A stretch of 64,000 nucleotides of DNA from the NCBI GenBank assembly GCA_002269645.1, contig NIVC01003072.1, forward strand, positions 57,336-121,335, written 5' to 3'. Below are positions 35,680 through 64,000 of the stretch, piece after piece. The stretch is from Macrostomum lignano. Lineage: Eukaryota. The position numbers and the translations under genes are program-made. The notes beneath the pieces were generated by a model. It did not search any database and had not been told where the DNA came from. It worked only from the letters and a program-made list of their open reading frames with translations. Each line of letters begins with the position of its first letter. Position 1 is the first letter of the stretch.

Positions 35680-36120
35680 TCCCTGTAGACATGCCTGTAG
35701 ATATCCCTGCAGATATTTCTGTAGATAGCCCTGTAGATATCCCTGTAGATATCCCTGTAGATATCCCTGTAGACATCATGTAGATATCCCTGCAGATATT
35801 TCTGTAGATAGCCCTGTAGATATCCCTGTAGATATCCCTGTAGATATCCCTGTAGACATCATGTAGATATCCCTGCAGATATTTCTGTAGATAGCCCTGT
35901 AGATATCCCTGTAGATATCCCTGTAGATATCCCTGCAGATATTTCTGTAGATAGCCCTGTAGATATCCCTGTAGATATCCCTGTAGATATCCCTGTAGAC
36001 ATCATGTAGATATCTTTGTAGATATCTCTGTAGATATATCTGTAGATATCTCTGTAGATATATCTGTAGATATCTCTGTAGATATATCTGTAGATATCTC
36101 TGTAGATATATCTGTAGATG
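35680..36120. repeat. 12-bp minisatellite with higher-order blocks
   Basis: TGTAGATATCCC / TGTAGATATCTC. Confidence 0.9.
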
Positions 36121-36572
36121 CTTTTATAGATGACTTTGCAAATGTCGATTTAGATTCTCTATGCTATATTTTTATACAGATTCCAACGAAGCTATTCGTA
36201 TCCAGATGACCTATAGATGCTATCTGGATATCCCAAGCTATAACTGATTCTCATAGATGTCTGCGCTCGCAAATGAGCACAAAAACTCCATCCATGCCTT
36301 TCCTATGATAATTATAACTACTAAAATAGCTGGTTAAAATTTATTGTTTACATTGACAACATACAATTGGCACTGAGACTATCTGCGAGTGCGCAGCGCT
36401 GAGTCTGCTCAGATTTTATTGATACAGTGAGTATTCTGCCGTGTAGGCACAGACAAAATTCTGAAGCCCAAAGCAAACAAGTAATTCTGTTTTTGTATCA
36501 ATACAAACTCTAGTAACTGAGATTTGCTCCACAAAATTCTACAGAGTTATTTAATTAGTTTGTTTCTTATAG

Positions 36573-37680
<1,108 letters not shown>

Positions 37681-38119
37681 GAGCTAGTTAACGCTGATTG
37701 TGGGACGGATGTCACCGAAGGGAGCTCACAACCCTCCAGCAGCCAGTCCTAGTCGCTACTCCAGATGCCTATAGTTCTAGTTCTCCATGTAACCTTTTGT
37801 CTAAAAGCAATCGTTTAAATTGGATAAGGTTGCTTCACGGCTGCGTCACTCTATTCTAAAAGTGAATTGATGGTTGAGTATAAGGCTGCAGCCGCCCAAG
37901 AGACAGTGAAAGGGGTTGAAAATCCAATTTGGCTGATGGATTCCTCATTTCCTTCTGAAATAACTGCATAGACCATATGGAGCTGGCCCCTTTATCGTGT
38001 GACAACTCACGCCAGCTATAGTCAACCAGCAGTCATTTTCACGGGAGTTTCGCGTTATTATGCGCGAGTTTATCAATCGTTGAAGTTGCACCCGACTGCA
38101 GATTTATAGAGTTCACTAC

Positions 38120-38611
38120 AACAACAACAACAACAAAATACGCTGTCATGATGGTAAAAGTCAGCGTCACAGGGCGCGCTTCATGGCTTGGGCGCGAACA
38201 AAGGCCGCGCCACCGGCAGTGTCCGGGGCGCCGGCGTCAGCCAGCAGACAGTCGACATAACGCCGAGTTCGCGCTTGACCTCGCCGGTAGGGTGCCTGCA
38301 GCGTGAGCAGCAGCACCTCCTGCACCGGCTGTGGGCAGTACGACTCGGCGCGGATGAGATGGCCTGCGAGCTGGAGTCGCCGACGGCGCAGTAGATCACT
38401 TGGACGTGGCAGGCCAGCGCGGCGATAGAGTGCCGCGTTGGTGACTCGCTCGACGCCGATGTTGAAGGCGGCGCGCAGCAGACCAGCGTGCGCCGCATCG
38501 ACTTGCTGTTCGAGTGAGTCCGTCAGCGTCCAGGTCTCGGCGTTGTACAGCAGGACGGTCTCGATTACCGCCTGGAACAGCGCCGCCCTCTGGCGGTCCG
38601 GTAGGGCTTCG
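38120..38611 (-). mobile_element. 5'-truncated RTE-clade LINE with (TGT)n tail and 13-bp TSD
   Basis: Translates as TVLLYNAETWTLT...NAALYRRAG...RRRRLQLAGHLIR (the RTE post-RT region). (CAA)n tail on the plus strand at ~38119-38136; TSD TAGAGTTCACTAC at 38107-38119 and 38612-38624. Confidence 0.9.
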
Positions 38612-39229
38612 TAGAGTTCACTACGAAGCCATCTCAAATCCATAATGAGGCTGCAGCTCAATCAAAGCGACATGACTATCTAATTGGCTAATTATCGAAC
38701 ACCCGGAATGCAGAATTCGACTTTGTAAAATTAGTTCCTAGAAAGATCTTCCTCTCATTTCTTCTGCGTCCAATCCTATTCCTATTCCTAATCAAATTCA
38801 GGTCATGTATGAGTGCCGACTATTAAGCCCTCATTAATTTGTACATTATAAATGTACTTAAGGACTCGAGCTTCAGTCGACAGCTTGGCGTTGCCTAAAA
38901 GACTTTCTTCTTTTGTCCGCCTTCCCACAACCAGGCCCATCGATCAAGACGTCTTCAAGTCCCATTCCAAATGCGAAGTTTTTGCAATTGTATAAGCTTA
39001 TATTCTAAACTTCTTACAGCGGCTTAGCAGGCATGAGGTGCCCATTGGGAATGAATATTGTCCTGCTAAGCAATGCAGATCCATTAGTCTGAAAAGAGGC
39101 GTGGAGAATGCACTGATGCCTGTATACATATAAGCGTATGCTCATTGTTGCCAGCAAGACGTACAACTGCTTGTACTCTACCTCAACAACATGTATATCA
39201 ACTCCAGATCCACTTCTGCTGTTTATTTT

Positions 39230-39520
39230 ACCTCCACTGCCTACTCTACCCTCGTTTGCCTAGCTAATCTACCCTGCCTACTCTACCCTCGTTTGCCTAG
39301 CTAATCTACCCTCGTTTGCCTACTCTACCCTCGTTTGCCTACTCTACCCTCGTTTGCCTAGCTAATCTACCCTCGTTTGCCTACTCTACCCTCGTTTGCC
39401 TAGCTAATCTACCCTCGTTTGCCTACTCTACCCTCGTTTGCCTACTCTACCCTCGTTTGCCTACTCTACCCTCGTTTGCCTACTCTACCCTCGTTTGCCT
39501 ACTCTACCCCTGTTTTCGGC
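39230..39520. repeat. 19-bp minisatellite
   Basis: CCTACTCTACCCTCGTTTG tandem copies. Confidence 0.9.
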
Positions 39521-42005
39521 TACTCAACCTTGTTGCCTACTTTATCCCAACTGAAAACTCTATGTCAGATGCCTATTCTACTCCCGCTGCCGACTCTACC
39601 CCCACGCCAGGCAAAGTAGTAGGCCCGTTGCCTACTCTACCCCAGCTGCCGACTCTAAGCCAACAGCCTGTATACTCTACTACCGCTGCCTAATCTACTA
39701 TAACATATCGCTGCTTAACACTACCTTCACTGCGAATACATAGATACACATGTACTTAAAGTAGACTGGTTCAAAATGAAAGGCACACAAAAAGCATTAT
39801 AAGCCGGAAATTTGAATTCACGCCAAAACCAGTAGCTATGCAAAACGAATGTCCGTGCTTGAAAATTAATTATATATTTGTTTTTTAAACCGGATGCCCC
39901 CACCGTAGCGTGGCAACTAAAAGACGCATTCGCTATCAATTTTATGACAAAACTTTTCTGTTCGTTACTTTGGTTTAAAGCGAAAAGCCATTATAAGAAT
40001 ATAATAAAATACATTATTTCTTATTCGCAAAGTACGAACTAGCTAATTTCTTCCCAAAGGCAAGAAGCAACTGTTGATGGGAAAACTAGAAATAATATTA
40101 ATAATAAAACAGCATTACGATCAATTGATAAAACAAAATTGCAAAGCGAATTTTATGCAAATGATAGCTAAATTACTAACACCGTTTGATAAAACAAACT
40201 AAACGGTTTTGTTTTAATTTTAATCACCAATCGAAGTGAACCGCTTTAAAATCTTCTTAATAATACATTTTCTAAAAGAATGAGATTCTAGATAAACAAA
40301 TAACTGATTTTTTAATTTGTTTTGTATATAAAGTAAATCAAAACAACAGCCAAATACGGGAACAGAATGGGTTGTATACATAAATATTCCTAAAACAGTT
40401 TTTACTTTAAATGTCCAATTCAGCGCTGCTTTGTTGTAAAAATATATCTAAATAAATCATAACGATATTTAATCTGACTTTACTTGTACGCATAAAAGTA
40501 CATCATATCAAATTATATTCTAGTGAACAGCATATACATGTCAAGGACCACTAGGAACACTTCGTTATAGTCTAGTAGTCCTTGATACATGTACAGTGTG
40601 TATAGTACAATAAGTGTAAAATACTGGGTAATTTAGATTCCCTAATATTATTATTAGCACGAAGTACGCTCGTAATATAATAATTACTTGGTTTCATATA
40701 CATATTGTTTACTATTAAACATCATATCACAGTGCAGAAATTTTTAAGGATTCATAACATTACATAAAACAACAAATACAACTTTGCTGAAAAATTTAGG
40801 AAGTGCCACGAATAAGAGAAAACAAATGATTTGGACACATGATAAATAATGATTTGCCATTTTCGAAAGAACTAAAACTAAAATTTTATTCAAAATTCAG
40901 CAACAAAAGTATCCAGGTCGATACAGCGAATTTTCAAGGCATCACAAAGCCGGAAATTCCGGTTTCATAGATTTGTTATAAATAGCGAAATAAGCCTTGA
41001 ACCAACAACAGACTGCGCACAAACAACGAGGCAATTAATACAACAATCTAGTACTGATGGGTAAAATCGCCCTCTCCGATTTTACTATTGACAAAATTAA
41101 CTACACGAAATCCGAGTCCAACTTTTTCCGGCTTTTTTGGTGTCTCTTTTTGGTTCACACGGACATTTTCGACAACGAGAGAGAAGCCCATTTAAACATT
41201 GAAAAAGTTTTTTTAAACGACACTAATTATTACACCGAGTAAAGTGGGTTTTCTCCAATATTAAAAAAATACGTACCTGGTGCTTAATAAACTGCCGTTG
41301 CTGTGCAGGTGAGGTGGCCGCGGCTTTGAGAAACGAAACACCAATCGCGAACACAATAAAAACCTCGATTTGAGCGAACAGAAGCAGAGCAGCGCGAAGC
41401 AAAAAAAAATTAAATTGCTTTGCTTTTCTCTAGTTTTATCCGACACCAAAAATTAGAAAATGATAGTGCATGGCTCGTATGAAACCCAAAAGTTTTATGG
41501 TACGTGATAGTTAGAAATAAGAAAGAAATTACCGAGTGTGCTCTCTAATGAAAGCGACGCGTTTTAGATTGACATTCATTTTGCCCCTCCATTTTGCTTA
41601 AAAAGGCATTCCCTACGTTTTTATCAACGGATTTGACACCTAAACTGTGCAAATTTTACCATAAAATAGGTTGGGTAACTACACCATTCAGAATGATCTT
41701 ACTAAGTAAGCTCAAAATTATATAGTAAGGAAAATATTGAAAGGTTAAAAATAATAAATAAATTTCTATGAAAATAGTGAAAGAATAAAACAAGAATCAG
41801 TTTCTGCTCGGCTAGAAAAGTCGTTAAATTTTTCGAAACTTCTCCACACTTCGTATCGTATTGAGCAAATTAATAAAATCATTAAACAAATGGAACTAGT
41901 TGACCCCAACTAAAGTCTAAAGATCCCCATTACAAATATATGGCTCGATGGCTTTTTGTCCATAAATAGGTATATTTGTCGCAAAAATATATGGATAGAA
42001 TTAAT

Positions 42006-54404
<12,399 letters not shown>

Positions 54405-56324
54405 TTGAGCTCGAAAAAGGAATACAATAATTAGACTGCGACTTTGCTGTCAGATGCAGAAAGTAGGTTTTTTAATTTATTAGTCAGGAAAATTTTAAGT
54501 TTGAGTAAAATTTTTGTCAGCTGATTGCTTATGAATTAGCAAGGACTCTAGTGTTTCAAATAGATATTTGAAACACTAGAGTATAATTTTTGGAATAAAA
54601 CAGTTGAAAATTAATTTGTTCACATAAAATATTGTGTATATTGATTGATTGATAAGAGGCATTGGGCTGAACTCTTAGTATATATCTTAAATATTGTTTT
54701 TGTGTATATATAATTTAACTGAAAGGATAAGCTAACAATATGTATATGCGTTAATTTTTTAGGAATCTTTTTTAAAATATTGTGAGAAATTTAGTCCTAA
54801 AATATAATTTTATTACGAACCATAATCAATAATGTATATTTTATTTAAATACAAAATGCACTAGATTGCAGGGGAAAAATAAAGAATGTTTGGCAAAAAA
54901 TGAATGACAGAATAAAATTAAACTGGCTATTTAAATTTTTAGAAATTTTATCTACAGGCAAAACTATAGTTAAATAAATGATTATAATGTAAAATTTGTA
55001 AAATTATTGCTTTTCTTGGCCTTCATTTTAAAAAAGTCAAAATCAGATAGTCTAATAGAAAGGTGTAATTATATCATTTCTCCTTTTATATAGCTTGGCC
55101 CGATTTCTAAGTTTTGAATACAATAATTAACACCACCATCCACCAATTAACTCATTAACACTCTTGTCAGGACTGGTTTCTTTCATAATATAGTATTTCC
55201 AATATACATTTGTATTATACAGTGATTTTATACTATAAAAATGAACCTGACGAGGGAGGAGTTTTGTAAGATTATGCTATTTTTTCGTTTTTTTAACCTA
55301 CTGTACGCTCGTAGACGGAACATGCGGCACATGCAAATTCATTTCTAAGGACAAATTACAAGTTAAAAATGTAACATTTCTGGGCTACATAGCCGCCAAA
55401 CAAATTTAAAAATAACTGTTTTAAAGTTTATTAAAAAACCGTTTTAAAAAAAGTTTCTATAAATAAGGTTTAACTTCGATGGTATTTTAAAGCAACATTT
55501 TTTTCTAGGGCAAAACCGTTTTGTTTTATCTTAAAGTGAGCACGAAAAATGAAATAAGATTTTACGCGACTATTTTTACTACCGCGGCTCGTTACATTCT
55601 GATTATGTAATTACAACAGTAGGCTTCCTAGCAGTAGTATGCACGTATGATCACGCATTAGTTAGTCCAGTGTACCTGTTTTAAACTACGGACTTACATG
55701 TAAATAGAATTATTATTCACTTCATTTTCTATTTCTTACCCACGGTTATTTCATAAAAATCTCAGAAAAGGCTAATTGAAAACTTGTTCTTCTGGCCTTC
55801 ACGGATGCAAATATAAAATTCACGTTTGCAGTCAGTCAGTCAGTTTTTAGGAGAGCAGATTCTGCAGCAATTGAATTTTTCACTTTGTTAATGCAAATTA
55901 TGGACAATTTCAAAAGCCTTTTATGATAAATGATTATGGGAAACTTGGAGACTTTCATCGATTGTTTTTTATTTAAATTTACCTATTTCATCTCAGGACT
56001 GATAACTTACCTAACAAAAAAATCACTGTGCAATGCAATTTTTATGCATAAAATACACTGTACACAGTGTAAAGTGTATGGAATACACGTGCAAAATTTA
56101 CAAACAGATAACAATGTAGAGCTTCTCGACGAATTTTTCTATGAAGGCTTCTAAAATCTGTCAAAAGGGAAAATTAGCCATAAGTATTTAAGTCTTACTC
56201 ATTGTATTTTACGATCGTATCGAAAGATAATTTACAAGAAGTATTTCCTTTGAAACGATAGTACGATTAATTGCTATAAAATTAATGCTAATAGTTTTTA
56301 CGTCATAATCCAGCTAATTGACTG

Positions 56325-56943
56325 CTAAAAAGTATCGTCAATCCATGATGCCTCACACTCAGTAACAGTGGCCTGACCAATAGCAGTACTGTTGGCATCC
56401 ATAATTTCTTTACGCCTCAATGCAGCGGATCTAGAAGCGGTAAAAATTAAATCGCGATTCGCAAAGCGTCGCGACAGGCTATAACCGGTGTAGTCATGGA
56501 AACGAACCCGGTGGCAATAGAGCGAATTAGACAAAGACGCAGACTGAGAAGACCCGGCTGCTCGAGGATCGCCTAGTCCGCAGCCCCGAAGCAGTTCGCA
56601 TAGTCGCCAAGGCTTCAAACGCCGTCGTTTTCTTGACTTGCCGGTCCCCTTGTCCATTTCGGCTCCTGAGGAGCTGTCCTCCCTCAGGTCGTTGGTGCTA
56701 TCGCATCTGCTACTGCTGCTACTGCTTCTGCTGCTACTCTTCCCTCGGTAGGCTTTGTTTCCACACGTACTTTCGACTACGGGCGTTTTTATACGCAATC
56801 TTGATCGCCTTGGTGAGTGTCTACTATCTACTTCTGTCGTCTTGGTAGTGCGCGTCTTCGTAGAGTAGGCAGTACTGGCTGCAGGTCGGTCCTGGGGTCT
56901 CTCGCGCGACTTAAGTCGAGTTGGGTAGCGATGGCATAGGCTG
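56325..56943 (-). CDS. Orphan open frame, possible terminal exon of an unidentified gene (Ser/Arg-rich)
   Basis: About 205 codons open in a locally GC-elevated island, with a candidate acceptor cgccag|cc near 56943. No recognisable domain. Confidence 0.35.
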
Positions 56944-57806
56944 GCGTACTCTAGCTGCGTTGAGACTCTCTACGCGTGGTTCGGTATGAGAACAGAATTT
57001 TTTTACATTTGAAACAATGAGCCAAGCGAAAAACTTTCCGTTGTTAGTTTTCCGAACTAAAATAACTTTTTTCTAAATGGAAACCTCATTAAAACAAACA
57101 TACATGCACATACGCTCGCATCAAACCGTAAAAAATAAGTTTTAGCGTCCTTGGACAAAACGCATAGATTCTCTGTTGTTTTGTGATTCATAAAGCCAGA
57201 TAGATGTCATAAAGCCATAATATACGTCGTATTAGGAATAATGCGATTGCAGCTCAATGGCTGTAACCATTACATGTATATACAATTAATAAAACAAACA
57301 TATTTCTTACATGCAGCGTGTAGGTTGGCAAAAGTGGAGGGAGTCTAACGTCAGTAAACCTGACATTGGGAGACCGAATCTCCGACATGACGTCGACTTA
57401 CTGGACTAGTTTCTTTCAAACTCCTAAAGCTGAGTATTTTCTGCCTATCCATATAAATAAATTGGGGATGAAATGAACCACAGCTCAAGGCGACTGCCAC
57501 AGTTTCGGGATAGGCAGAGACGCAGCACTCATTCATTCATCAAGTTCCATCGCGCAGTTTGCGGAGACGTATTGTTACACTATGCGCGGGAAAAGGAAGT
57601 TGAGATGCTCTGCTCTTCTCTTGCTTTTCTTTCTTCTGCTGCAATGCAAATTCTGCATTGAGTCTGCTGTCTGAAATTTGGCAGGTCTGCGAGTGGCAGT
57701 CAATGGCAACCTTTGAGAGGGCTGTGCGATGGAGCTTTTCTCTGGCCAACATATGGGCCATTTAGGTCAGTGAAATACCGTTACTCAAAAAGCAATGTGC
57801 CGCCTA

Positions 57807-58590
<784 letters not shown>

Positions 58591-59009
58591 AATGTATTAA
58601 ATAATCGATTTAATAGTCACTGATAATAGAGTAAATTCATTAAGTATAGAATTATTTCCTAACCGCAGGAATAATGATTTAACAGATTTGTTTTGAAATG
58701 TAGGATTTTAACAGCTATACTTCATAGTGTAATAGATTTTTTAGCTGCAGGTCGCGTGGTCATAGGCAGTGGTCGATCTTGTACCAAATTGAATGAGTTA
58801 GTTTGTGCTATGAGTGCAACAAGTAAAGAAACATATTTCTAGTAAAGAACAAAAAACCCTAGCAAAAACGGATCATGGAATTGAATTTTTCGTTAACAAC
58901 GGAACTGAGGATGTAAGGACAAAATATTTCATTGAACAACTCAAGAGCTTGCGGTACAGATGTTCACGGATTCAACCAGAACAAACTGGAACGCACCAAG
59001 CACTAGCGC

Positions 59010-62000
59010 TCATCCCTGCTGATAAACGGACTCGAATGGCGGCCGCGGTCCGATATTGTAACCCCGATACCGGCAAAACAAAAACGTGGCTCCAACGCTC
59101 ACGGCAGCCAGAACGCAGGCCAAAGTAGCCGACGAAAGCAGGAAATGCCCCCTCAGCCGGAAGCTCTTCGACACTGGCTGGTCGCCGCCGAGCCAACACG
59201 CAGCCGGATCGCAATTCGTCCATCGCTGCGCTTCGCCAACGCAGAAGTCGTGCGGCGTAGCGTTGCCCAGCACGCGTTTGTTGATGCAGCTGCGCAGCGA
59301 AATGGAACGCCTGTTGCCGTTGGCGTTGCCGCACTCCGGCCGGCAGCGGTCCCACTGCGACCAGGGACTCCAAATGCCAGTCCATTGTGCGCAAGTTGGC
59401 CCGCTGTAGCCAGAGTTACATTTGCAACGACCTGAATAGCAAGCAGGCGTGGAAATGCACATATTTCCACCTAATGACCACCTAATGACCAGACACATCT
59501 AATGACCACAGAGACACAGGCACCGAGTGCAAAGACACAGCTAATGACCGCAGAGACACAGGCACCGAGTGCAAAGACACACCTAATGACCGCAGAGACA
59601 CAGACACTTAGTGCAAAGACACACCTAATGACCACAGAGACACAGACACCGAGTGCAAAGACACACCTAATGACCACAGAGACACAGGCACCGAGTGCAA
59701 AGACACAGCTAATGACTGCAGAGACACAGGCACCGAGTGCAAAGACACACCTAATGACCGCAGAGACACAGACACCGAGTGCAAAGACACACCTAATGAC
59801 CACAGAGACACAGACACCGAGTGCAAAGACACACCTAATGACCACAGAGACACAGGCACCGAGTGCAAAGACACACCTAATGACCACAGAGACACAGGCA
59901 CCGAGTGCAAAGACACACCTAATGACCACAGAGACACAGACACCGAGTGCAAAGACACAGGTAATGACCACAGAGACAGAGGCACCGAGTGCAAAGACAC
60001 AGCTAATGACCGCAGAGACACAGGCACCGAGTGCAAAGACACACCTAATGACCACAGAGACACAGGCACCGAGTGCAAAGACACACCTAATGACCACAGA
60101 GACACAGGCACCGAGTGCAAAGACACAGCTAATGACCAGAGAGACACAGACACCGAGTGCAAAGACACAGCTAATGACCGCAGAGACACAGACACCGAGT
60201 ACAAAGACACACCTAATGACCACAGAGACACAGACACCGAGTGCAAAGACACAGCTAATGACCACAGAGACACAGGCACCGAGTGCAAAGACACACCTAA
60301 TGACCACAGAGACACAGGCACCGAGTGCAAAGACACAGCTAATGACCGCAGAGACACAGGCACCGAGTGCAAAGACACAGCTAATGACCACAGAGACACA
60401 GGCACCGAGTGCAAAGACACACCTAATGACCACAGAGACACAGGCACCGAGTGCAAAGACACACCTAATGACCACAGAGACACAGGCACCGAGTGCAAAG
60501 ACACACCTAATGACCACAGAGACACAGGCACCGAGTGCAAAGACACACCTAATGACCACAGAGACACAGGCACCGAGTGCAAAGACACATCTAATGACCA
60601 CAGAGATACAGGCCCCAAATGCAAAGACACATCTAATGACAACAGAGACACAGGCACCGAACACACATGAGCTCACCATAGAGACACTTCTATCAAGTCA
60701 TTCATAAGTCAGAACTTTGCCTTCTACCCTAATAAACATAAAAAAACGCAATGAACTTGCATAAATTTCCAATTTTCGACGAAATGAAATATCCATTGAT
60801 GCAGTTCATTGACAGGCACACGTTCCTATAGGCAGCGCAGTTATCGTAGGCTAGAGCTAGGTCCCGAGCTCGTTGAAACGAGCAGACGCACTCCCAATTG
60901 GGGATCGAGTTACTCATTTTGCTCCTACGACAAGTTCCCAGGTCTGAAACATCAAGGAATGGATGAAAGCTTTCAGAAGAGATAGAATTCATGTCTCACT
61001 AGGATTCATAGTCAGATAGGATTCGCGTCAGATCGTGCTTCTTCATGTACCGATGGAAGTTGCAGCTTCTTCATGTACCGATGGAAGTTGCGTCAGCTTC
61101 TTCATGTACCGATGGAAGTTGTGTCCGCTTCTTCATGTACCGATGGAAGTTGTGTCCGCTTCTTCATGTACCGATGGAAGTTGTGTCAGCTTCTTCATGT
61201 ACCGATGGAAGTTGCGTCAGCTTCTTCATGTACCGATGGAAGTTGTGTCCGCTTCTTCATGTACCGATGGAAGTTGTGTCCGCTTCTTCATGTACCGATG
61301 GAAGTTGTGTCAGCTTCTTCATGTACCGATGGAAGTTGTGTCCGCTTCTTCATGTACCGATGGAAGTTGTGTCCGCTTCTTCATGTACTGATGATATTTG
61401 TGTCCGCTTCTTCATGTACCGATGGAAGTTGTGTCAGCTTCTTCATGTACTGATGATATTTGTGTCAGCTTCTTCATGTACCGATGGAAGTTGCGTCAGC
61501 TTCTTCATGTACCGATGGAAGTTGCGTCAGCTTCTTCATGTACCGATGGAAGTTGTGTCCGCTTCTTCATGTACCGATGGAAGTTGTGTCAGCTTCTTCA
61601 TGTACCGATGGAAGTTGTGTCCGCTTCTTCATGTACCGATGGAAGTTGTGTCAGCTTCTTCATGTACCGATGGAAGTTGTGTCAGCTTCTTCATGTACCG
61701 ATGGAAGTTGTGTCCGCTTCTTCATGTACGATGGAAGTTGTGTCCGCTTCTTCATGTACTGATGATATTGTGTCAGCTTCTTCATGTACCGATGGAAGTT
61801 GTGTCAGCTTCTTCATGTACTGATGATATTTGTGTCAGCTTCTTCATGTACCGATGGAAGTTGTGTCCGCTTCTTCATGTACTGATGATATTTGTGTCAG
61901 CTTCTTCATGTACCGATGGAAGTTGTGTCCGCTTCTTCATGTACCGATGGAAGTTGTGTCAGCTTCTTCATGTACCGATGGAAGTTGTGTCAGCTTCTTC

Positions 62001-62494
62001 ATGTACCGATGGAAGTTGTGTCAGCTTCTTCATGTACTGATGATATTTGTGTCAGCTTCTTCATGTACCGATGGAAGTTGTGTCAGCTTCTTCATGTACT
62101 GATGATATTTGTGTGTCAGCTTCTTCATGTACTGATGATATTTGTGTTTGTCAGCTTCTTCATGTACTGAAAGTTGATTACCCATGTGTGCAACGGATGC
62201 CGATCGGTGCACGGATCCGCCAGACGTTCACAACGACTGCCGCCATAGCCTTCTTTACAGACGCAGATCGTCTCGGTTTCTCCTTCCGCCTCCGTGCCGT
62301 TCTTTCCAACTTTGGTCAGGCGACTCTCGCAGTACAGTGTGTATCGTGGCGAACAGGGATACTCAGAGGAGTCGCGCGGCCGGTTGCACAGCAGCTGGGG
62401 AACGCAATCGTGAGTGCTTCTCGACCAGTAGTGACCAGCCTTGCATACGCACTCGTATGAATCGGCCCACAAGCCTGACTGGCTGATTGTGCAT
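59010..62494 (-). CDS. 3' exons of a type-I membrane protein with EGF-like repeats, one TSP1 domain, a TM helix and a short tail (5' end beyond the window)
   Basis: Exon ~62494-62182: [11 protein letters not shown]...C...[14 protein letters not shown]. Exon ~60943-60760: GTC...WECVC...DNC...C. Exon ~59430-59010: [12 protein letters not shown] + [15 protein letters not shown]...RSC...C...C + [24 protein letters not shown] + RYRGY...YQQG*. Exact junction phases are unresolved. Confidence 0.75.
59480..60690. repeat. 42-bp intronic minisatellite, ~28 copies
   Basis: TAATGACCACAGAGACACAGGCACCGAGTGCAAAGACACACC. Confidence 0.95.
61035..62170. repeat. 31-bp intronic minisatellite with two interleaved variants
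   Basis: GCTTCTTCATGTAC(CGATGGAAGTT/TGATGATATTT)GTGTC(A/C). Confidence 0.95.
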
Positions 62495-62522
62495 CTGCTC
62501 GGGTGCAAGGTGGATAAAGTGG

Positions 62523-64000
<1,478 letters not shown>

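Noticed and set aside
41050-41345. Possible alternative TM-less 3' exons of the FERM gene
   Set aside because: A candidate exon (~41340-41280) has GT/AG ends, but I could not phase it to the downstream open frame.
59480-62170. CRISPR-like arrays (regular 31-44-bp repeats here and at 1-310, 985-1640 and 27217-29118)
   Set aside because: The units are head-to-tail with no unique spacers, there are no cas genes, and the context is eukaryotic introns.

Overview
Intron-rich eukaryotic (metazoan) DNA with GC-rich exons and many intronic mini- and microsatellites. The style suggests a free-living flatworm such as Macrostomum, but that is inference. The main discovery is on the minus strand at 17246->3904. 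I could splice 19 exons by hand, all with GT-AG introns and all phases compatible, into one ORF of 5403 nt (about 1800 aa). It encodes an N-terminal CARD, a helical/TPR region and FOUR tandem Rab-like small-GTPase domains, with no C-terminal prenylation motif. The C-terminal half-domain exons of Rab domains 1-3 are nearly identical, while the N-terminal half-domain exons have diverged strongly. A hAT-type MITE with an 8-bp TSD has duplicated the splice acceptor between Rab domains 1 and 2, which could give a short one-Rab isoform. Other genes: last exon of beta-TrCP (+), CFAP90/C5orf49 (+, head-to-head with the CARD-Rab gene, with an apparent 1-nt frameshift), two intronless calmodulin-like paralogs (-), a FRMD3/5-like FERM gene (-), and the 3' part of an EGF/TSP1 type-I membrane protein gene (-). 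Mobile DNA includes a 3.1-kb non-autonomous hAT element with nested inserts, several MITEs and two RTE-clade LINE fragments. There is no CRISPR, rRNA or tRNA that I can support.
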